Below are positions 9,619 to 21,095 of a DNA stretch of 64,000 bases, one piece after another. Under the pieces are notes generated by a model that was not told the origin of the DNA, did not search any database, and worked only from the letters and a program-made list of their open reading frames with translations. The translations under genes were made by a program, and so were the position numbers. Positions within the stretch are counted from its first letter, which is position 1. Every line of letters starts with the position of its first letter. Source of the stretch: a bacterium (GTDB taxonomy: Bacteria > Hinthialibacterota > Hinthialibacteria > Hinthialibacterales > Hinthialibacteraceae); the NCBI GenBank assembly GCA_963663405.2, contig CAXXSM010000073.1, forward strand, positions 53,388 through 117,387. Direction: 5' to 3'.

Positions 9619-11040
9619 TTAATAATCCACCCGGCGCGCTTTTGCTAATCGTGCTCCCATCCCACTTCCTGTAAACAGCACAGGCTCAATTCCTTGTTTC
9701 TTCGCGTTATCCATTGTGATCTGTTTCGCGGTTTTCACACCTTTTGGGCCGGCGCACAATACACAGACCGTTCCCCCACTGCCTCCTCCGGTGATCTTCG
9801 CCCCATATACACCCCGCTCCGGCCCCGCCGCTCTTACAGCCTCCACGATTTCATCCGTCACGGCGTTCCCCAAGCCACAGTTTGAGTAACTGGCGTGCGA
9901 TTGATACATCAATTCACCGAGTGTAAACAGATAGTCCCTCCGTTCTTTGGGCGTCATCGTTTCTGGCTTAAACAAGGAAAGCAGGTTCGCGAAGGCGTTT
10001 ACTCTATGGTTTTCATATACTGGATGCGCCGCGCAGTTCTGAATCGCATACTCTTGATTCTGTTGAATTGTTGTGACCGAATCAATCGTTGTTCCATATT
10101 GTTTTAAGAACTCCCGTCCACTCATAACTTCCGGTAGTAGAATCCGGTATTTGGTTTCAAAAAGAGAGGGCGGAATATTGGCGAGGTAACCGGCGTATGG
10201 TAATCCGAAAGTGTCTCCACTGCGTTTCGCTGTTTGGAGAGATTTCATTGTGGCTCCTTCGCTTCGGGCGATGATGGTGTAACCCATAAACGCGGCCGCC
10301 CGCACATCTCCATACGACGCGCCACTCACCGCATGTCGAACTCCGCTGTCAATTCCCACAAAAGAGATGGTGTTTGGGATGGTCAGAGACGGCCGTACGA
10401 GATCCGGCTGACAGAGAATCGGCAACAAACGGTCTTTCTCTCCCAAGTAAGAAGCCAGCTGATCCATTAAACCACAGGGCGCTCCGGCGATCTGGTTCTC
10501 AACAGTCTGCGCCAGAATCGGTAATTCGGTTTTCCCCAGTTTCAACTTGCAGACATGGGCCAAAACTGTCATCACGGCTACTTCAATCGCCGCCGAAGAC
10601 GAAACGCCTTTCCCGATCGGCACATTCGAGTCGATCCAGATATCCGCGCCCGGAATGGAAACGCCCTTCTCACATTGCAAGACTAAAAAACAACCGAGCG
10701 CATACGCCGCCCATTGGCTCTCTTGATCTTTCGAAATCATGGCGCGAGCCTTGGTGTAATCGATTGTTCCATTCTTCCCAACGAAACGGTCTAAGGAATA
10801 TTCAGCGCTCTCCGAAAGTCCGGCTCGCTTCGCCGATTCACTATAGATTCGAACACGCCTATCCTCCCGCTTGGCCAAGAAAGCGTCCGTCCGTTCTTTG
10901 ATCGGCATTTGCAAGACTAATGAACCGGAGTAATCCGCGATCCCTCCCATGACATCCAAACGCCCCGGCGCCGACGCGGAATACACGGACCGATTCTCTC
11001 CAAAAAATTGTTTCATTTCAGTTTTGTTTTTTGTTTTCAT
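9619..11040 (-). CDS. GHMP sugar kinase, L-arabinokinase/galactokinase-like
   Basis: APGRLDVMGGIADYSGSLVLQMPI, PIGKGVSSSAA and GAKITGGGSGG motifs. Confidence 0.85.
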   Translation of the reverse strand: MKTKNKTEMKQFFGENRSVYSASAPGRLDVMGGIADYSGSLVLQMPIKERTDAFLAKREDRRVRIYSESAKRAGLSESAEYSLDRFVGKNGTIDYTKARAMISKDQESQWAAYALGCFLVLQCEKGVSIPGADIWIDSNVPIGKGVSSSAAIEVAVMTVLAHVCKLKLGKTELPILAQTVENQIAGAPCGLMDQLASYLGEKDRLLPILCQPDLVRPSLTIPNTISFVGIDSGVRHAVSGASYGDVRAAAFMGYTIIARSEGATMKSLQTAKRSGDTFGLPYAGYLANIPPSLFETKYRILLPEVMSGREFLKQYGTTIDSVTTIQQNQEYAIQNCAAHPVYENHRVNAFANLLSLFKPETMTPKERRDYLFTLGELMYQSHASYSNCGLGNAVTDEIVEAVRAAGPERGVYGAKITGGGSGGTVCVLCAGPKGVKTAKQITMDNAKKQGIEPVLFTGSGMGARLAKARRVDY

Positions 11041-11045
11041 AGCAT

Positions 11046-11075
11046 AATGGAGCGTGTGCGTCCCCGCCTGTGAAA
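11046..11075 (+). repeat. 30-bp REP-like repeat, copy 2
   Basis: aatggagcgtgtgcgtccccgcctgtgaaa, same orientation as copy 1. Confidence 0.6.
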
Positions 11076-11190
11076 TAATTATATAGTAAGAAGCATTAAT
11101 GCTTTAACATTTCAGGAAATGATTCCACGACTATCAACCATATCCTGAATATCCTTACAACTTGGAAATCCAGATTCAGACAAAAAACAC

Positions 11191-14100
11191 TCAATAAACC
11201 ATCCAAACATCAACTGGCGTTTCTCCCTCTTGAAATCCAGGGGTTGGAGTCTCCGCCGTCCAATTTGTGGGATCATTCCCCGATCGCTGCGCTGAAATCC
11301 TCTGAAGTGATAACCCGGATCGATCCGCGCCGGATGGCCAGGGATCTTTGTCGAAATAAATCACTTCATCCACAATCCCCCATGCCACACCCACCGCATC
11401 GACATATACTGGTTTTTCCAAAGCGATCCGTTCACCCCGGTTGGAGAGTTTACCATCGTAAGGGCCAATAATCGGCGCTTGGATTGAATCAAGTCCATAC
11501 GTATTCTTAAACGCTTTCAGCGACAACGCCTGCGCGGGGAGAAAATTCACAATCAGACAATAATCATGGGATGGAATCAAGGTTTGAGGTGGGAAAGAAA
11601 AATCGATTCCCCCAGCGAGCCGCCATGATCCGTTCTCATTCCAAAGTTCAATGGGCTGATCTGTTGGATTGGATAATTCAATGTATTCAAATCCATTGTC
11701 ATCGCCGTCTAGTGGCGCGTACATGATTTCATTCATGACGATGTGGGGCGGACCGGCGTTATTTTCTATATTGCGGGATGGGTTCATGGTATGCCAGAAA
11801 GTGTTCCCATCAGCGTAACGTCCCAGCGATACTCCAGTTTCCTGCGCTTTATAACGCGCCGTATCTACTACCCGGTCAATTCCTTTGATTCCAGGTAGAT
11901 AGGAAAGGTACAGTTCGCCTCCCCATTCGTCTAATTCAAATCCGTCATGTTCTGAATCAATAGAACTTAAGGTTGTATTGTAAAGAAAGGCTTCTCGATC
12001 GAAACTCGCAAAACCGTTCGCGGCGATATCGGTTGTTAGAAATCGCCATTTATTTAATTCACTGGGATCGTCGCTCAGATACCAGCCATTCATGCCTATA
12101 GGCGCCGGGGATTGATTGTATATCTCAATCCAATCGTTTTCCCCTTCATTCGCCGCCAACTCATTCAACACGAGATTGTCAATAGAGAATGGTTCTTCAT
12201 CACCGGGTGATCCACCAATTGTCTGGCTGGCCTTCCAGTTTCCACCGTAATACAACGATCCCTCCGGCTGCGATCTCACCGCAGTATCCAAAGGGATAAG
12301 TGAATGACCGGCTCCATCGGCGGCGATTGGCCAGCCCCGCGCGTCATTGTACTCAAGCGAAACAATCACCGACACTTCATCCGAAGCGGTGAGGATCAAT
12401 TCCTCTCCTTCGTTCGAAAGATTTTTCTTATACGGTCCGACAATCGATGCGCTACCGTTGAGTTCATAGTGATTGCGAAAAACATCCTGTTCTCTCCCAA
12501 CTTCCGCGTTGATTACTAAAAGGTAAGCGCCCGCGGGCACAAGAGTGTCTGGTTCAAATACGTAATCGATTCCCTCCGTAAACGCCGCGCCGCTTAGATC
12601 GAGCGCTAGCGTATCATGCGAGTTATGCAGTTCAATATATTCAAACGCGCCGCCGTCCGGTGGATTGTACATCAACTCAGTCACTTGCAAATATTTACGT
12701 AGTATGGTGATTTCCGAGGAAGATTCGCCGGTGATAAATTCCGCTTCGCTCAATGCGCTCCAATTCGATCCATCATACGCCCGCGCCCGGATCTGTACGT
12801 TTTGTGTTATTGGAACGGCTTGTTTATATTGGATCGCTGTCTCTTCATTCAGAGCGCCTCCAGGCAGACGTGGATCAGAGCCATCCAAGGTATAATAAAT
12901 TGGATACTCTTCATTGCCATCTATCGGAATTTCAGCATCCAATGTCAGACCAAATACGATATCACTACTCGTCGCATTCGTTTGATGGACTTCTACGGCG
13001 ATTAGATTCTCCCCTGTGGTTAACACATTCACAGGAATCTCAAATGGGCCTTCAAAATCGGCGTCGCCCACTGTCCGGTTGGCGAAATCCGTATAGCGGA
13101 TCACGCCATCCGGCATCCCAATCCGGTATACTTCTTGATCGTTCAAATACACAACCGCGCCGTCATCGACAAATAATCGTAATGTTAATTTGGTTTTGCT
13201 TTAGATCGATTTCGGTGGGAATAGTGAAACGCTTCCGGAAATAGTATGTCGTTTGACCAAGTTCAAGCGGTGTGTTTTTCTCGGCGTTCAAGTCAGAACT
13301 TTCCACATAAAAAAGAGCCTTTCCCGATGGCCATCCCTCATCGTTATAAGCCTCCATTTTCCATCGAATGCCAAGATTGGTCCCGGATTGTTCGTATTTC
13401 CATGTATCATCGATCGCAATGAAAGACACCGTAGTAAAAGATGGCGCTTTACTTGTCATGGTCAACGGAAATCCCACCTGCGTGAGTCCACCGTTATGAT
13501 TGAATTCGGGCGCTGGAATTGTGGGATACAGATTCGCCTGCCGCAGTTGATTCAAAACAATATCCGTCCGGACTGAAAGATACTCATTCAAAATCCGGTT
13601 AATTTCCGGGAGCCAATGCTCGTCCCGTGTGCGTGGCGTGTTGCGGCCTGTATCTCCCCATCGCGCTGATTCTCCTACAATCGCCCGATCGATGTACGCC
13701 GCCAGTTTCCGGTATCGCTCTTGCGAGGCTTGCGCCGTCAACGCGCCTTCGTTGAAAAAGTGGTGATGAATGCGATCGGCCACCCGAATTAAAAATTCTT
13801 TGTTTTGCCGCAGTTGCTGAAAAACATGCGCAGGATTATCTCGCCCATTGTGAAACTCGATTACGTTACGGTCATTTTCTTCCAACGTCCATTCCGAATC
13901 CCAGGCGTAAAAATGATATCCTTCCCCAGGCTTTCGCAGCCGGGAGGAATAAAAATTCCACGGTGTGCCGCCTCCACCGATTACCGTAGGCGCGTCACGG
14001 TTCCCCGTAAAATAGATTGTGAGCATATAGTCGATCAAACCGTCAATATCCACAAAGTCTTGTATTGCCTGATATTGAGTGTCATCTTCAAAGCCTCCCG

Positions 14101-16769
14101 CGTTCACTAACGTGATCATTTGATCCCAGGCGATATTATTCCCAGCTTTGACTTGAACATTGTTATAGTCCCGCGTTCCCCCGGTCACCACATCCCATTC
14201 ATCTTTCTCTCCCCCCAAATGTTCGGCGGAGAAGGCTTCGTCCGGGCGTTCGCAAATGTTGTAAAGGCCCCAATACAATCCATTGAGATAGAGGTGCATG
14301 TATGTTCCATGTGATGCGGGCTGCCCCAGCGCAAGTTGCGTTTTTTCGAGAGAATTCATCACGAATGTATTCTGCTTTTCCGATTGTGCTCCCAAATCCT
14401 CCTTCTTGACTGTGCCACGAATAGTTATAACTCCCACGCAGGGTGATCGTATCGAACCGGTCTACTGGTGAGTCGTCAAAGAGGGGATAAATCAACTGGG
14501 CGGGACCGTATCGTTTCTTGAACAGCAATCGAAATGAATGCTTTCTCCGATCCGGCAGACGGCTGTAACCTCCCTGAATTTGAATTCCACAGTCGATCTG
14601 AAATCCAGCGCGCTCATCGGGATAAATAAATTCCACCGATGTTGGACGCTCCCATTCTTCGCCTTTCTTCGTTGGGTTGGTATAAATCCCCGTGGATGGA
14701 TCAAACAAATCGTCTCTATTTGTCACAATCGACAAAGAAGGGATCGTCAGAAGATCGTTCTGGATCGTGTATTTATAGAGTTCATGGTTCACAATTTCCG
14801 GATCCATATCATAATCCGCTGATACATTGTTTCCCCATCGTGTTGGATATCCATCCGGGCGTGTTTGCTGAAGGATATCATCAAGAAAGATGTAGGTATG
14901 GGTTTCAATATTGGATGGATAGTGATCGGGTTTAAACGCAGCGGCGCGGAGTAAAGTTGTTGAATCAATTCGTATTGGCTCTTGGTATATTTCCCCATTC
15001 GTTTCGGTTGGGGGGCTCCCATCAGTAGTATAACGGATCACCGCCTCTTCATCTTCCACCGTAATGGTCAGATCGAAAAATCCGTCGTAAAATCCCCTTT
15101 CGCGGCTGCATTGAGTTGGACCGGCAAAACTGACCGCGCCTTTCCCATTGACCGCTCCTGGACTCGGTTCGCTGAAATAGCGTTCTTCATAGGCAAGGAT
15201 CTTGGCGGCTTCGAATTCAGGCAAAATAAAAAAATTATCATCCACCGCGTTTGCGTTCAAACCATGAATCGCAAGAACATTCGTCCCCGATCGCAGAAGA
15301 GTGGTGGCGCTCTCAACAATAAGTTTTTCTTCCTGAATCGATTGCCCGGAAGAGAGTGAACCAGTAGCGGAGGAATTCCATTCTACAATATCCGGCGCGT
15401 TTCTTCGTGCGAACTCCTGCCCGTTAAGATACGCGATGAATCCATCGTTATACTGAATGCTAAACAAAAATTCCATGTTGGAAGACAAATCATTCAAAAG
15501 AAAAGGTAAACGTAAATACACCGAAGCGTTTTTCCCTTTCATCTCCTCTTCCAGGTCTCCAGCGATCATCCATCCAAAACCACTCGGGCCGATCCCTCCA
15601 TTTTTTATATCTCCAACAAGCCTGAAGATGTCAGCGTCAAAAGCCGAATGATGGCCGGGCGCGGCGAATAACTCCAATTCAGCGCCCCCATCGCGTTCAA
15701 AATACACTAATTCCAGGTCATGCGCGCCCTCAGTGAGTACAATGAATCCAAATGTATCATGTGGGCTATGCGTAAGGTTGTCTACGATCACGTCCTCACC
15801 ATCAATTCGCAGCCGCGCCCCATCGTCCGAATTGATACCGAAAGTCCAAACACCGGTCTCTGGAATGATTATCTGCCCAGTGACTCGCACTGCGTAATCG
15901 CTGGCGTCTACTCCTGTGCCTAATCCTGGGAACGTTTGATTGGATTCGGTGTAATTCCCATCTGGACCGGTTTCGAGAAAGTTGATGATATCAATCTCTC
16001 TTGAGACCATTCTACTTTGCCTCGATGGATCACTGATGAGAGAATCCGCCGCTGCAAGATTTCGTATCTGTGTTTTCGAAAAAAACGTCTCCGCTAAAAA
16101 ACGCCCTGATTGGGTGTCAAATCCGATCCCCGTTTTTGCTGAAGCCCATGATGAATCATCAAATGTAGGATCTATCCATTGCGCTTCTAAAGATGCGTCT
16201 TCAGGGACGAATACCTTTGCCACCATGCCAGCGCTGATGAGCGTTTCTACTTCTTCCCGCCGCCCATAGGAGAAACCAGGTTTCTGTTCGGGGAAATGCG
16301 GCGTAAATTCATGTTTGATTGTTAAACCATCCGGTTCTACCAGCGCCAAATATTCACCACTTGTTGACAGGCTGAAATTGGTATGCAGGTTTCCCGAAGG
16401 ATCTATACGGTTTTTCCCGGAAGCGAATACGACGAGGCGCCCTCCCGCCGGTATGGAAATATCAGGGAACTTCCATTGCTTCAAATCACGTGGATTATCC
16501 GTCAAATACCAACCGAATAAACTAACCGGTTCCATACTGGAGTTATAGATTTCAATCCAATCGGATAAATCACCGTCTTCATCCGCAAACGTCAGATTAT
16601 CCGCCATAATCTCCGAAATCATCAAAACGCTCTCCGATTCCGGCGCGTTGGCGGGGGCTAGCGTATCTTGAGTGTATCCCGGTTCCGCAAAAATCAGCGT
16701 TAGCAGGCAGAAAAATGATACGATTCCTAAATCTGCTTTAGCATACAGTGTCTCTGTACAATACCCCAT
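11191..16769 (-). CDS. Large secreted CotH-kinase / lamin-tail / PA14 / FN3-associated protein (~1850 aa), split by two frameshifts
   Basis: Signal peptide; lamin-tail motifs (ISEIMADN..DWIEIYN), PA14 (NSDDGARL), YTTDGS, CotH (HLYLNGLYWGLYNICERPD, WDSEW); single extra bases near 14345 and 13178 separate the three ORFs. Confidence 0.75.
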
Positions 16770-17046
16770 ATTTAAATAACCTCATTGGAACGACACGTCA
16801 TTGAAAAGATAAATATTAGAATATTGTTAAATATATTACACCCCAGCAAAAACGTAAAAGTAAAATTTACTATAAATTCTTGTTTTTCATCCTATATTTC
16901 TCTCACTCAATATCAAATCTAATTGCAAAACGGTGATTTCTATCAGAGTAACTTCCCTTCAGCCTTCAGTCTTCAACCTAAACACCTTATAAGACTTGAA
17001 TCTTATCATGGCTATGCAATCCTCTTTTGGACGCAGGGAATGAATT

Positions 17047-18516
17047 TTGAGCATAAGAAAATGTACGATGTCAAATAAAGAGGAATCAATTGTTAGATAT
17101 AAAAACCAGATCGTTCAACGCGATCCGGTTTTCTTCTTTCTTTTGATGAGTCTGGCCGCCGCCTTGACGGTTGTGGGGATCGCCTATCCTCCATACTCCA
17201 CCATATTAGCGTTGGGGATCACGGCGGCTTTCTTTCTTCTCATTACGCGTCCGGATGTAGTTTTCGCCTTGTTTTTCGCTGCCGAAACTCTCTTTTCGGA
17301 AGATATCCTTCTTGTCACTGAAAAACTGGCGATTACGATTTACCGGGTACCACTCCCCTATGTGGGGATCAATATCTTCGAAGCGATCCTCTTAATCCTG
17401 CTTCTCTATACGCTGATTCATCGTAAAGGCTGTATCGTGGGAACGCGGCTTGATTTCACGCTCGGATTATTTGCGGTCGCGTGCGCGATTAGTTATCTCA
17501 CCTGCCTTTGGCTCTATGGCGATCCGGCGCGGATCTTTGAACCCCGCCGGTTGCTCCATTTTTTCGCCGCTTATTTTCTCACCGTAAATTTGATCCAGAC
17601 GAAAGAATCGCTGCGGATGTTTTTAGCGATCTTCTTTATCGCGGTGATTTTAAAAGGTTTGGAAGGCGTGTTTCTCTACACCAGTGGCGCGGGCCTGCAG
17701 ATTAAATGGAGAATCCGGGCGATTTTCACCGGTTGGGGGGATTCCCTCTGTTTTGTGACTTATTTGCTTTTCTTAGGAACATTTCTCTTGGACCGGTGTC
17801 CAATCGCCTGGAAACGATGGATGATTCTTGGAACGCCTTTTGTTGTCTATTCGTTCTTGTTCTCCTACAAACGGGCGTATTACGTGGCCATGGTGGTTGG
17901 TGTGTCCACTCTTTTCCTTCAGTTGCACAAAAAGGCTCGTTTACGTTTTATCGCCTTAAGCGCGGCATGTATGGTCATCATGATGGGAATGATTACTGTT
18001 ATGGGGCAATGGAACGCTATTGGAATGCGGTTTCATTCGATTCTAAATCCCACGAAAGAAAGCAGCGCCAATTACCGGTTGCTTGAATGGAAAAACGCCC
18101 TGATCTCAATCCAAAAACATCCCGTCTTCGGTATTGGTCTCGGCGGTGTGATGAAAATGGAGATTTTCTTATCCCGCACCAACCTCCTTGGCGTTCATAA
18201 TACATATTTATGGGTAGCGGTCAAAATGGGCGCATTTGGATTGTTTACGTATCTCTTTCTCCATTTCGCTTTCCTGCGTCGTCTGCTGCGGCAGAACCGG
18301 CGGTTGTGCGATCCCTTCCTTCGTTCGGTTTCCAAAGCGATCTTTTGTTCCTTCATTGCTTTTTGTACCGCGCAACTCTTCGCGCCCATGTTCTCACAAA
18401 TGCGCACTTCCGCATGGTTAGGAATTATCTTTGGTTTAGGGATGCTCTTGCCGGAATTGGATCGCAGTGACGGGGAAAAATCAGAGGATGCGGCTTCATC
18501 GGAAGTTATCCAGTAA
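17047..18516 (+). CDS. O-antigen ligase/polymerase (WaaL/Wzy_C) family membrane protein
   Basis: Multi-TM; SYKRA, SANYRLLEW, HPVFGIGLG and HNTYL motifs. Confidence 0.8.
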   Translation: MSIRKCTMSNKEESIVRYKNQIVQRDPVFFFLLMSLAAALTVVGIAYPPYSTILALGITAAFFLLITRPDVVFALFFAAETLFSEDILLVTEKLAITIYRVPLPYVGINIFEAILLILLLYTLIHRKGCIVGTRLDFTLGLFAVACAISYLTCLWLYGDPARIFEPRRLLHFFAAYFLTVNLIQTKESLRMFLAIFFIAVILKGLEGVFLYTSGAGLQIKWRIRAIFTGWGDSLCFVTYLLFLGTFLLDRCPIAWKRWMILGTPFVVYSFLFSYKRAYYVAMVVGVSTLFLQLHKKARLRFIALSAACMVIMMGMITVMGQWNAIGMRFHSILNPTKESSANYRLLEWKNALISIQKHPVFGIGLGGVMKMEIFLSRTNLLGVHNTYLWVAVKMGAFGLFTYLFLHFAFLRRLLRQNRRLCDPFLRSVSKAIFCSFIAFCTAQLFAPMFSQMRTSAWLGIIFGLGMLLPELDRSDGEKSEDAASSEVIQ

Positions 18517-18545
18517 ATCGTCATATTGATAGGAGAGAGCCTTCA

Positions 18546-19725
18546 CTATAAGCAATCTTCATACACTTTATACGTGGCTCTCGCCGTCTTTTCCCATGTG
18601 AAATTCTTCGATCGTTCAAGTCCTCTTTTTGATAAATCGTTCCAGATTGATTGATTTTGTACGATTGTATGAATGGCTTCAACAATCGTCGTTTTATCAG
18701 TTGGATCGATAGGCAGCGCTGCGCCGCCGGATATTTCACCCAACGATGTTGTCGAAGAGCAGATCACAGGAGTTCCGCAGGCCATGGATTCGAGAACGGG
18801 AAATCCAAATCCTTCCAAAAGTGAACCATTGATGGCTGCTAACGCCGCCTGATTCAAGCGGACGATATCGTTATCTGAAATCTCTTGCAGAAAATGAATT
18901 CTCGTTTCCAAGTTTAATTGTTCTATAGTCTTGAAAATAGTATGATCTTTCCAACCACGGCATCCCGCAATAACGAAGCATATATCCGTGTCTTTGGAAG
19001 ATTGGAGATACGTGGAGAACGCCTGGATGAGCCGGACAAGGTTTCGCCGCGGATTTAATGTCGTTACACATAAAAGAAAATGGGGTGAGTATAGTCTAAA
19101 TTGCCGCAATAGTTGTTGGGCCAATTCATTTCTATTGATTGCGGGAGTGAAGCGATCGTGATCGATTCCTGGATAAATAATGTTCAACTTGGATTGAACT
19201 TGGGGAAACCGTGTAACAATCTGTTCGGCGGAATAGTGTGAATCTGTAATGATTCCAGCCGCCTTACGAATCGCATGCCGTATTAGAAATTGACACGCAA
19301 TGGCGTCTCTGTACCGGCAAAATTCGGGATTGGTTATAGGAATAATATCATGGAGTGTCACAATCATTGGTATTTTTTTTTGAAAATGGAGGAACCGATA
19401 CATTATCAAGCGCATGAAATAGAGAAGGTTTGGATTCACGAAGAATCTTGGGCAGCGTAAATAGCCACCATAGCTGCCGGAAGCGTTTTTGGGTTTGTAT
19501 TTGGTTCCAATGAGGAGACAGCGTTGGCATTCGTGATTGACTGGTCTCCCGTTGCCTGGCGTATTGAGGGATTGACATTGGGAGATCATTGCGAATTAAC
19601 AGGAATTCACGATCACCATAGAGTTGAACGAAGGATCGGACTAGTTCAAAAGTGTACGTCCCAATCCCCCCGGTGGCTCCTAAGAAACTTGTATCAAGCG
19701 CAATCTTCAATCGTCGTAATTCCAA
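18546..19725 (-). CDS. Glycosyltransferase family 4, frameshifted at an A9 run (19373-19381)
   Basis: N-terminal KIALD...GGIGTYT in one frame; VTLHDIIP...EGFGFPVLESMACGTPV in the next. Confidence 0.8.
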
Positions 19726-19893
19726 TTTTATTTAGCCGTGTAAAGTAGGGCGCGGCTTTATGATCCACCGAATTCTTTCAGCATTTCCTGTGGGCCGGTC
19801 TATCGTGATCCATCCGGCGTTTCTACTTGATCATAAATTTCCTTTATCCTGGATTTTAATTAATGCAATTAACAAACATTTAAATATAGTGGA

Positions 19894-20631
19894 TTAAGCG
19901 CTGGTTCGCTCTTTTTTTACTTTAACCGCCGGTAATTCTTTGTTGTGATCCGCGCCGACGGATTTTCGTTGGGAGATATGGAATGGTGGCGGTGTGACCA
20001 TTCCACTCGATACAACCATCTTCATCGCTTCTTCGACCGTCAGGTCAACGGGGATTAAACTCTCCTCAGGCACGATTAGAAAAAAGCCGGAGGTCGGATT
20101 CGGTGTAGTGGGAAGAAATATATAGATAAGTTTCTCGTCCACATAGTTTTCGAAGATATGCTTATCCTTGCCAGTTAGGAACGCCAATGAATATATCCCT
20201 TTGCGCGGATATTCTAAAATGACGACTCCTTCGAAGATACGAGACCGCCGTCCCATGATCGTCTCGCTGATTTGTTTCAACGCCTGATAGATATTCGAGA
20301 TGATGGGGATCTTTGACAGGATCAATTCAAACAGGTGCAGTAGCTTCCGGCCGACATAGAGCTGTGTGATAAATCCAATTAACGAGATGATGGCGATGAT
20401 GAATACAAGGCCGATGGCGTTTTCTGGAATCCAACTCTCCTCAAACTTCGGGGAGATTTCAAAATTCATTCGTTTACTGAGTAAATCCGTGAACCAGAAA
20501 TATATATCGTTGTAAAAATCGAGTAAAAACATGACCAACCATATTGTGGCCCCAATCGGAAGGATGACCAGCATCCCTGAAAAGAAAAGATTTCGCAGTC
20601 TTATAAAAGGTTCTCTTAAAAAATATCTCAT
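19894..20631 (-). CDS. DUF502 family membrane protein
   Basis: IPIISNIY, LEYPRKG and FLPTTPNPTSGF motifs. Confidence 0.85.
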   Translation of the reverse strand: MRYFLREPFIRLRNLFFSGMLVILPIGATIWLVMFLLDFYNDIYFWFTDLLSKRMNFEISPKFEESWIPENAIGLVFIIAIISLIGFITQLYVGRKLLHLFELILSKIPIISNIYQALKQISETIMGRRSRIFEGVVILEYPRKGIYSLAFLTGKDKHIFENYVDEKLIYIFLPTTPNPTSGFFLIVPEESLIPVDLTVEEAMKMVVSSGMVTPPPFHISQRKSVGADHNKELPAVKVKKERTSA

Positions 20632-21095
20632 GACATCCTCAACGCAAATGAATTGGATTGAATCATATTGACGATTTGGTACAAAGGGCTGGTTTAAACC
20701 AGCGTGTGTTCGTTCTTTATATCATACATCGATCGAGTCCTTTCAATTAAGAAATCGAAGGAATGGATCATATTTTTCTGTTTCATCGAGATTGAACGAA
20801 AATCTGTGAGTTGAAATTACGTATTAAAATACGTTTTACACCATATTTGGTTTATTGCCAATCAACCTGCTGGAATTTAGAAATGGATTTTATGACGAAA
20901 CAGCATGAAGCCGGTAACTTTACTATAGTCTTGGAGGGTCTTATTCCGCCGCGTCTATACTAATCAATTGGTTTCCAATTGTTTGTCTATTGTTGATTGC
21001 GCTTTCTAAAAGTTTACTCGAAACAATAGAAAGCCGCTGTATTCGAAATTCAAACGATATCCGTATTTTCCATTTCTAATTTCATGCGGCCTGTG

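Noticed and set aside
16957-16987. Degenerate heptamer tandem CTTCAGC-CTTCAGT-CTTCAAC-CTAAACA
   Set aside because: Only about four units with no spacers; a short simple repeat, not CRISPR, and no supportable function.
20838-20853. NrdR-box-like palindrome (CACCATATTTGGTT)
   Set aside because: Single imperfect copy with no ribonucleotide reductase gene nearby.
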